Below are positions 53,267 to 61,155 of a stretch of DNA of 64,000 bases, piece after piece (position 1 is the stretch's first letter; each line of letters opens with the position of its first letter). The DNA comes from Tubiluchus corallicola (Eukaryota; Animalia; Priapulida). The notes beneath the pieces were generated by a model. That model made no database searches and was not told the origin of the DNA. It was given only the letters and a program-made list of their open reading frames with translations. The translations under genes were made by a program, and so were the position numbers. The DNA lies in the NCBI GenBank assembly GCA_030141605.1, contig JAQGDQ010002408.1:10752-74751 (forward strand), read 5' to 3'.

Positions 53267-53443
53267 CGTGAGCGTTCTCATATTTTATTGAACTAAAAAT
53301 TTTGTTTATTTATTTTTAGCTTTGTTAGTGAAACAAAACACGTGTACGTTCACGTACTTTCATCTAACTAATCAAGGGTTATTTTTGCTATTAATTAGGA
53401 TAAATAAAAGCGGGGGCGTTCACACAATTAAAGTACAAATATA
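53267..53443 (-). promoter_or_regulatory. susC promoter (-7 TATATTTG, 53436-53443) with three LacI-type operator copies
   Basis: cgtgagcgttctca (53267-53280), cgtgtacgttcacg (53341-53354), gggggcgttcaca (53412-53424). Confidence 0.75.
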
Positions 53444-53492
53444 ATATGCGCAAGTATCTTTTGCAACTTTTTTAATATTTTTTTTAAAATAA

Positions 53493-54536
53493 TTATATGT
53501 GATAATATTCTAAGTTGTATCTGTTTATTAAATCTATGGGGAGATATTGTATTTTTTCAATAGCTTGTTTTTTTATTAGCACATCAAACAAAAGCATTAG
53601 TCCTTGTTCTCCTTGTGTTTCAGGCTTTTGTGAGATAAGAAAATCAATATAGTCTTCTTTCATCAATGAGATGTTTTCTTTTATTAAATCCATTCCAACA
53701 AAGTATATGCCTTTATAATTGTGTTGTTTCAGAAAATTACCGATTAGATATCCTCGCGAGTTATTAATAAATATAGAGCTAATCGTATGTTTATCAAGTA
53801 CTTCTTTTAATGATTTTACTAAGTTTTTTTCATTGTTGGTAGAGGCTTCAAATAGTATAATATCGTTTTTTCTACCTATTTTTCCATAAAAATCAGAGAA
53901 TCCTTTTATTCTTCGTTCTCTATAGATAGAGTGTTTATTTTGTGAATATAAGTTGGTTATTAAAGTTTTTCCTTCGGGAACAACAGAGTTTATTAAAAAA
54001 GCTCCTTGTTGTCCTATTCCATAAGCATCTTGTCCGAGATAGGCAATATAGGGGAGGTTTCTGTCGTGCACATTTATATTTATAAATGGAACCTTTTGGC
54101 GTTCCAATTGTGAAGAGAACTTGTAAGATGCTTCTTTAAAGGTAGGGACAAATACAACTCCTGATACGTCTTTTATGGATAAAATGTTTTGGCTTTGCTC
54201 TTCGAAGTCATTGTCTTTTAAGCTAAAATAGAAACGTTGTACATCTATATTAAAGAAAGAAAGTTCTTTGATGGCTTTTTTACAGCCTTTGTCTACATCT
54301 TTCCAAAAAGAAATTTCTGCAGGGTCTGGAATTAAAGTAGCAAAAGTTCGTTTTTTATTATAAGCTAATGTGCTTGCAAGTAAGTTTGGTTTGTAGTTTA
54401 ATTTTTTTACTGCTTGTAGTACCTTTTTTCTAGTTCCGTCTGCTACATAGCCTGTTTTGTGTAATACTCTATGGATTGTGCCTTTTGAAATACCTGTTTC
54501 TTTTTCAATATCTTTAATACTTACTTTTTTGTTCAT
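53493..54536 (-). CDS. LacI-family transcriptional regulator
   Basis: VSIKDIEKETGISKGTIHRVLH HTH, LNYKPNLLASTL hinge, periplasmic-binding-protein fold. Confidence 0.93.
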   Translation of the reverse strand: MNKKVSIKDIEKETGISKGTIHRVLHKTGYVADGTRKKVLQAVKKLNYKPNLLASTLAYNKKRTFATLIPDPAEISFWKDVDKGCKKAIKELSFFNIDVQRFYFSLKDNDFEEQSQNILSIKDVSGVVFVPTFKEASYKFSSQLERQKVPFININVHDRNLPYIAYLGQDAYGIGQQGAFLINSVVPEGKTLITNLYSQNKHSIYRERRIKGFSDFYGKIGRKNDIILFEASTNNEKNLVKSLKEVLDKHTISSIFINNSRGYLIGNFLKQHNYKGIYFVGMDLIKENISLMKEDYIDFLISQKPETQGEQGLMLLFDVLIKKQAIEKIQYLPIDLINRYNLEYYHI

Positions 54537-54870
54537 ATTAGCTTGTTTGTGTTGACTAATAAATAAAGGTTAAATAGGAGTTAAATATTTAAGTTTTACA
54601 AAGATAGTCTTTATAACAAAATAAGGTAATGGTATACTAATATTTAATTTTTCATTCATTGCCTATTTTTATTGCCAAAAACTAAAAGATGAAAGTTTCT
54701 AAAACTTGTATTGTACTTAGCAGTAACTGAATTTAAGGATGGTTTTAAACTACTTAGAATATATTGCTAATTCTTAATATATTTTTTTGTACAAAAGAGT
54801 TTTTTTATGTAAACTTGTGTTTTTTAAGTTAAGATATTTTACACCTAATTTCTTAAAATCTTTTAGTCTT

Positions 54871-55645
54871 ATGAGATTATTTTGCTTAAATTTAATATCT
54901 TTCTTTCTATTAAATTGTTCTGTTTTCTCGCAAGAGCTGCTAAAAGTAGAAACTCCTACTCCTGTTTTATCTCGTGAGCGTTTGGATGAGGTGGTGGTTT
55001 TTAATTTCTACCCTCAAGATAATATAGAACTTCTTTATGGTATAGCTTTTGACATTCGTTATAACCCACAGGACTTGGACACTAATTCTATTGCACTTTC
55101 CACAGGCAGCACTTTTGGAGAGCGAGGCAAGGATTATATTGACCTATATCAACAAAATCAAAGTGAAGGGCTGCTGCGTTATGCTGTTACAGGTTTGAAT
55201 GAGAACTTTTTTTTAGACAGTAAAGAAAATGTACTCTCTCTTTTTGTAAAGATAAAAGAGGGTTTAACCAAGGACTTTATCTCTGTGTCTGCTCATCCTT
55301 ATATGGCAAACAATCACAAAGGAGAAGCCATTCCTCTTCTTTCTACTTCCGATACTATTTACATAGGCGAATATTCTTTGAAACACCTTTCGAAAAACAC
55401 TGAGCTATATCAATTTATACTTTATCCTAACCCTACAAATGGTATTGTAAATATCAAATATGAATACGGGGTAGAAAAAGAGATAGTAGAAGTTAGAGCA
55501 ATGAGAGGAGGGGTCTGTGGTGCGAACCACCGTACCCAAAAAAGATATAGCTACTTTTGATTTATCTTTTCTTCCCAAAGGTATTTATTTGATACAAACG
55601 GTCTATAATGATTTTATTGTCAGTAAGAAAATTATCTTAAACTAA
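54871..55645 (+). CDS. Signal peptide + cohesin-like domain + T9SS CTD; CTD interrupted by a frameshift near 55505
   Basis: MRLFCLNLISFFLLNCSVFSQ; LYGIAFDIRYNP...GLLRYAVT; LYPNPTNGIVNI then, in the +1 frame, GSVVRT..FDLSFLPKGIYLIQ..IVSKKIILN* ending 55645. Confidence 0.7.
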
Positions 55646-55658
55646 GAGGTTTTAACAA

Positions 55659-58600
55659 ATGAAAACACTTGCATTTATATTTTTGTCTTTATTTTGTATC
55701 TATGGGAGAGGAAAGAGTGTTTTTTTCTTTTTTCTTTTCTCTTTTAGCTTGACTTCTGCCCAGCCCTATCTTCCAGCTGAACAGGAAGATACAGCAGCAG
55801 AAGAAGATACTACCAGTCATTTGATGTTAAAATCCTTACATAAAGGTGTTCCTACTTCAATGAGCAGTGACGAGTTCGGAGCCTTGTCTGGTAGTAGTAG
55901 TTTGGTTACTGTACCCTCACCCACAGTAGCAGGGCTGATACGTTCTGCCTCTACCGCCTCTAGCCTTTACACAGGAGCTATTAATGTAGGCATTCCTTTG
56001 TACACCCTGAAAAGTACCCACCTATCCGTGCCCATTAGCTTGGTGTATCATTCCAACGGAGTAAGAGTAGATGACCTAGCTTCTTGGGTAGGTATGGGAT
56101 GGAACTTACAAGCAAGCGGAGTGATTACTCGTGTAGTAAAAGGCTACCCCGATGAGAAAACAACCCAAGTAAAATCTATTATTGAAGATAATAATGACGG
56201 TGTAGTAGATAGTAAAAATGAAACAAAAGAAAAGATAGGCTATTGGGATAATTGGGCATCAGTCGAAGAAATGAAAGATAACGATCTCCACCCTGATATA
56301 TTTTATTTTTCTTGTGGCAACTTAAACGGTAAATTCACTATTAGCAGAAGAGCCGCTTCTAACAGAATTAATATTCTTGCCAACGATAACAACCTGAAAA
56401 TAGAGATGGATGCTTCTTCTTCAACCATTAATGGCTTTACTATTACTGCCGAAGATGGCACTATTTACAGATTTGGCTATGAAGAAGAAGCCATAGAAGA
56501 GATGGAAATAGAAAATACAAGTGAAATTGTACGTTATACTTCAAAGTTTGAGGAAATTTGGAAGAGAAATTTTCTGGGGATAGTAATCAAGAAAATTCCC
56601 GCTTATTCTTTGGATTTGCAGGAAAAACGTGTAATCAATAGTAGTCAATCGTATAGTTATAGGTCCTCTTGGCATTTAATAGAGATAATACAACCTGCTT
56701 TTAATGATAAAGTAACCTTTTCTTATAAAAAACAAACAAGTCGGTATTATCAAGGCAGTAGGCTGTCAGGTGTTTGTATTCAGAATTCTTATCCCAAAAT
56801 AGAGGATAATAAGTTTTACAGATATGAGTCCCCAGTTCCTCGTAATGAAATAGGAATTGCTAAAAGTTTGGTTACAGCCCATACCCCTATGTTGCAAGAG
56901 GTAGAAGGAGGCAACCACAAAGTAGAATTCTTTACAGTAGAAAACAGAAAAGATATGATAGATGAGGTAGGTAGTTTTCTTAGAGAAATACGTATAAAAA
57001 CGAAAGATGATGATTTTATTAAAAGCTATACATTTACTTATAATTATCATAATTCTGTTACTACCTCCTCGCCTGCATTTCGTTTTAAAACAAATGCATG
57101 GCACAGTGGTAGTTTCTTTATAGAACAAGCAGGTACTACACAAAGGATGTTCCTTACAGAAATAGAGGAGAAAGACATCTATGGAGATAATATCAATCCT
57201 TTTAAATTTAATTACATTAACCCTAGTAAACTACCTTATAGACTTTCTTACAAACAGAATTTTTATGGTTACTATGTAGATTTTACAAGTCCTAAATCTA
57301 CTTTTTACAACTTTACATACCCCAGTGAGCTAGATATAGACAGCAATGAAAAAAATGAAGAACGGAATATAGAATATTCATCATCGTTAAAGGAAATGTT
57401 AAGAGTAAAATTCGAGGGTATAAACGAGTACGAAGAATATAATTATGCCCCTTCGCTTAACAATATAGAGAATGGTTTGCTTTCCTCCATTACCTACCCT
57501 ACAGGAATGCACAAAACCTTCGACTACTATACTAGTGAATATGGTTGTTTTATAAAAAATATAAAAGCTACGGATGACGAAAAAGGAGAGGTAATGGAAG
57601 AAATAACTTATAACTATGAGGAAGGTATTATACCTTTCAACAGAAATAGAAAGTATGAGGTTGGACGTTTTTGGGACTATTATCATTATTTACTTTATCC
57701 TAAGGGCGGAGGCGAACAGTTAGCCACAGGCGGGGGTATAGTAGGTTTTGGCAAGGTAATGCAGACAAACAAAGAACAAGGCAAAACTATTTCTTACTTT
57801 AAAACAGCCAAAGATGAAGACAATAAACCTGATGTAATAGCAGGCCAAGATCCTTCTAGTTCTTACTACCTGCTTTTTTCTACCATTACAGACAGAGATG
57901 TGTATAGGACTTATCTCTATCAACAAGAAACTTATGACAATAAAGATAACTTACTCAATAAAACTTCTAACAATTATAGTTTAAAATGGAGCAACTCTGT
58001 TGGAGGCTACAATGTACAGATAGATAAAAATGATAATCTTTTACGTCATAGCACCTATGATATAGCTGCAGTTACTAAAACTTTGGAAGGGACTATTCGC
58101 GAAGATTATGCCGAAAGTGCAAGGCAGCCTATCACTACCACTACCACCTATGAATATGAAAAATACAGTAAATACAAAAACCTACCTGTAAAAGTAATTG
58201 CCAGTGATAATGTAGAGACCACAGAAACTTCTATTACTTATGTGCATCAGAGCAATCAGCCTATAAAACAATACTTTGAGGACAAGCATATTATTGCCCC
58301 AGTACAGCAAGAGATAAGAAAAAACGGGAAACTCCTATCAGGACAAAAAATCAACTATGTATTAGGAAGCAATGAAGACCCTGACTACATTGTAGAAAGC
58401 ATAGAAACTTACAATACCCTTGCAGATAATTATGAGTTACAAACCACCTTCAACCAATACGACAACAAAGGCAACATACTGAAATATACTGGTAAAGATG
58501 CCGTGCCTATTTCCTATTCTTACACCTCGAGTAATCTACCCAAAACACACTCTGTAGATGCAGGTAAGTATGTTTCTAATTATGCATACACCAACCTACT

Positions 58601-58832
58601 ACAACTGCAACAAGAAGTTTCTTCACAAGAGCAGACTATAAAATATGGTTATGACGATTTTGGTAGACTTTCGAACATAGGAAACGAAGATGAAGACGCT
58701 CTGGAACAATATCAGTATAACTACAAAGCCTCCTACGACCCTTTGGACATAGAAGAGTTAGGAATAGGACAAATGTATATTAGAAACGATACTGCCACTA
58801 CTTTTCATATAAGATATGTAACAGAGAATTGA
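55659..58832 (+). CDS. YD-repeat / TcB-like Rhs shell partner protein with signal peptide
   Basis: VPSPTVAGL..YTGAINVGIPLYTL..ISLVYHSNGVRVDDLASWVGMGWNL, PDIFYFS, ITAEDGTIYRFG, SWHLIEI, LSSITYPTG, YGYDDFGRL; this family typically precedes DUF6443 Rhs genes in Bacteroidota. Confidence 0.82.
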   Translation: MKTLAFIFLSLFCIYGRGKSVFFFFLFSFSLTSAQPYLPAEQEDTAAEEDTTSHLMLKSLHKGVPTSMSSDEFGALSGSSSLVTVPSPTVAGLIRSASTASSLYTGAINVGIPLYTLKSTHLSVPISLVYHSNGVRVDDLASWVGMGWNLQASGVITRVVKGYPDEKTTQVKSIIEDNNDGVVDSKNETKEKIGYWDNWASVEEMKDNDLHPDIFYFSCGNLNGKFTISRRAASNRINILANDNNLKIEMDASSSTINGFTITAEDGTIYRFGYEEEAIEEMEIENTSEIVRYTSKFEEIWKRNFLGIVIKKIPAYSLDLQEKRVINSSQSYSYRSSWHLIEIIQPAFNDKVTFSYKKQTSRYYQGSRLSGVCIQNSYPKIEDNKFYRYESPVPRNEIGIAKSLVTAHTPMLQEVEGGNHKVEFFTVENRKDMIDEVGSFLREIRIKTKDDDFIKSYTFTYNYHNSVTTSSPAFRFKTNAWHSGSFFIEQAGTTQRMFLTEIEEKDIYGDNINPFKFNYINPSKLPYRLSYKQNFYGYYVDFTSPKSTFYNFTYPSELDIDSNEKNEERNIEYSSSLKEMLRVKFEGINEYEEYNYAPSLNNIENGLLSSITYPTGMHKTFDYYTSEYGCFIKNIKATDDEKGEVMEEITYNYEEGIIPFNRNRKYEVGRFWDYYHYLLYPKGGGEQLATGGGIVGFGKVMQTNKEQGKTISYFKTAKDEDNKPDVIAGQDPSSSYYLLFSTITDRDVYRTYLYQQETYDNKDNLLNKTSNNYSLKWSNSVGGYNVQIDKNDNLLRHSTYDIAAVTKTLEGTIREDYAESARQPITTTTTYEYEKYSKYKNLPVKVIASDNVETTETSITYVHQSNQPIKQYFEDKHIIAPVQQEIRKNGKLLSGQKINYVLGSNEDPDYIVESIETYNTLADNYELQTTFNQYDNKGNILKYTGKDAVPISYSYTSSNLPKTHSVDAGKYVSNYAYTNLLQLQQEVSSQEQTIKYGYDDFGRLSNIGNEDEDALEQYQYNYKASYDPLDIEELGIGQMYIRNDTATTFHIRYVTEN

Positions 58833-58877
58833 AAATGAAAAAAATATAAATATACACCAATAAAACAGAATTTGATA

Positions 58878-61139
58878 ATGAAAAATACAGTGAAATTTTT
58901 TGCAGTTGCTATTGCTTTTGTGTTCCTTAACACCACTGCTTATTCTCAAATAGAGAGAAAAACCCCCAGTGAATTACACTCCAAGTTTCAAGATGGTAGT
59001 AAACCCAATGGACAGGATTTTAAAGACCTTATCAATGCTACCTACAATTATGAGATAAAAGCAGAAGGCGAGGATGGATTAGAAATCTATCAAGGGCAAC
59101 AAGGCGAAGGTGTTATCTACCTAAGAGCCACCTCACAAACCGACCACAACTTCACAACTTCTCACAAAGAAAAGTTAGACAGTATTAAGTACTCCGAAGA
59201 AAATTTTACTTACGTTCTTAAAATCAAGTTAGACAGTCTGAACTACACTGAGCATAACTTTATAGATAGCCTCTATCAAAAGCTACTAGGCATAGAGCAT
59301 CGTGCTACATACTCGGACAATAACTTTGCTGATAGTTTGTTGGCCAAACTACTTTCGGTAGAAAACAATGCCAACTATTATGAACTACCTATTGCTAGCC
59401 ATAGCACCAGAGGAGGCGTAGTATTGGGTAATACACTGCAAATAGTGGATGGTAAATTGGAGGTAACCATAGACCCTTGCTCAGTTGAAAAGATGTATGC
59501 TCCTGATAGTGCGGCTACTTCTAATTGGACCTTAGAACGAAAGGAAGGCGACCTATGGGCAAAGTTGCGCCTTATAGAAATAGATATAAATGGCGATACT
59601 ACTTATGGAGCGTGGAACGAGCCTTACCGTCTCAACAATCAAGCCTTAGAAGATATGATAGCAGGCAGTATAGAGATAGATACTACCAACGTATTGATAG
59701 GCTCAGAAAAGATTAACAGTGGAGAACAAGGCGAACGCAACACCTTTGTAGGTAAAAGAGCAGGACAAAACACCACACAAGCCTCTACCTCTAATGTAAT
59801 GATAGGTACAGAGGCAGGGCAATTAAATTCCGCTGGCTCACACAATGTAATTGTAGGCGACGAGGCAGGGAAATATACACTATCCTCTGATAATGTAATT
59901 GTAGGTAGTAAAGCATCCAAAGCAAAAAACAGCACAGGTGCAGTAGTCATAGGAAAATACGCTAGTCGAGAAGGAGCAAACAATTATAGTGTGGTGATAG
60001 GTAGCAAAGCAGCCGAAAAAAGCAGTGGAGAGCGAAATGTAGTTATTGGCACAGAGGCACTGCAAGGTATAAACCCAGATGCTACTTCCAACAATGACAA
60101 CATAGCTATAGGCTACCGTGCAGGGCTAAATAGCTTGTCGGCTAGTGGCAATGTGTTTATTGGCAACGAAGCAGGCAAAAGCAATACAACAGGTGGTAGC
60201 AATATATACATAGGAGACAAAGCAGCACAAGGGAACAATGGCTACAACAACATAGTAATAGGTAACAAAGTAGGGCAGAACCTAAATAACGAAAGCAACA
60301 AACTAATGATAGGCAGTGGAACCAACACACTCATAGAGGGCGACTTTGAACAAAACTATGTGAAAGTAGAAAACTTAGAAACAAGTAGCATTATTGCTGA
60401 TACATTAATAGTAAGTGAAGTAGTAAGGGTAGATGGAGTAATATCTTCCAATGTAGAAGTAGATACCCTTTTTGTAGAAAGCATACAAACTGCCAATGAT
60501 ATTGCCACAGAAGGCAAAATAATAGCAGAAGACAATATTGAAACACAAGGACAATTTGTAGGCTACGGCACCATACCCATAGGAGGCATTATAATGTGGA
60601 GCGGAGACCCTAATACTATACCTGATGGGTGGGCTTTGTGTGATGGTAGAACAGACACGGATATTAATGGTTCACTCATAACGACCCCCAACTTAAGTGG
60701 TAGGTTTATTGTGGCGTATGATGCTGCCAGTGGTGATTATAACAATGTGAATGCAGAAGGAGGCAGCAGTAGCTCTACAGCTACATTTAGATTATCTAAG
60801 AATCATATTCCTAAACATCATCATTCTGTAAGAGGCAATGACGCAAGTATACATATAACCTCTTCAGGGAGTCATACACATACTTATGAATCCACTCCAT
60901 CTAATAGAAAGACAGGAGGTAGCAGGAGCTCTGATAGAGGAGTTCATGAAACCAGAGATGCTACTACTACATCTGAGAATAATGAAGATAGACACACCCA
61001 CCCGAATAGTTCTTTTAGTGGTAGAGTAAGCAATGGAGGAGAGGACGGGTTAAAATCGCCAGCAGACAAAGTAACTACTGATAATTTTGATATTATACCT
61101 CCCTACTACGTATTAGCCTTTATAATGAGAGTTAAATAA
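58878..61139 (+). CDS. Secreted phage/eCIS-like tail-fibre protein with C-terminal tail-collar domain
   Basis: Signal peptide; LHSKFQDGSKPNGQDFKDLIN; NFT..K.KL repeats; LPIAS.STRGGV; many N.FIG..AG beta-solenoid repeats; PIGGIIMWSG..IPDGWALCDG..TPNLSGRFIV; HxH motifs; PPYYVLAFIMR. Confidence 0.8.
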   Translation: MKNTVKFFAVAIAFVFLNTTAYSQIERKTPSELHSKFQDGSKPNGQDFKDLINATYNYEIKAEGEDGLEIYQGQQGEGVIYLRATSQTDHNFTTSHKEKLDSIKYSEENFTYVLKIKLDSLNYTEHNFIDSLYQKLLGIEHRATYSDNNFADSLLAKLLSVENNANYYELPIASHSTRGGVVLGNTLQIVDGKLEVTIDPCSVEKMYAPDSAATSNWTLERKEGDLWAKLRLIEIDINGDTTYGAWNEPYRLNNQALEDMIAGSIEIDTTNVLIGSEKINSGEQGERNTFVGKRAGQNTTQASTSNVMIGTEAGQLNSAGSHNVIVGDEAGKYTLSSDNVIVGSKASKAKNSTGAVVIGKYASREGANNYSVVIGSKAAEKSSGERNVVIGTEALQGINPDATSNNDNIAIGYRAGLNSLSASGNVFIGNEAGKSNTTGGSNIYIGDKAAQGNNGYNNIVIGNKVGQNLNNESNKLMIGSGTNTLIEGDFEQNYVKVENLETSSIIADTLIVSEVVRVDGVISSNVEVDTLFVESIQTANDIATEGKIIAEDNIETQGQFVGYGTIPIGGIIMWSGDPNTIPDGWALCDGRTDTDINGSLITTPNLSGRFIVAYDAASGDYNNVNAEGGSSSSTATFRLSKNHIPKHHHSVRGNDASIHITSSGSHTHTYESTPSNRKTGGSRSSDRGVHETRDATTTSENNEDRHTHPNSSFSGRVSNGGEDGLKSPADKVTTDNFDIIPPYYVLAFIMRVK

Positions 61140-61155
61140 ACAAACAATAAAAGAG

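Noticed and set aside
54973-54983. cgtgagcgttt, a partial match to the LacI operator
   Set aside because: Inside a coding region, lacks the palindromic right half, probably chance
58878-61139. Prophage or complete eCIS/T6SS suggested by the tail fibre
   Set aside because: No capsid, terminase, integrase, tube, sheath, baseplate, VgrG or PAAR genes in the window, and the fibre has a signal peptide
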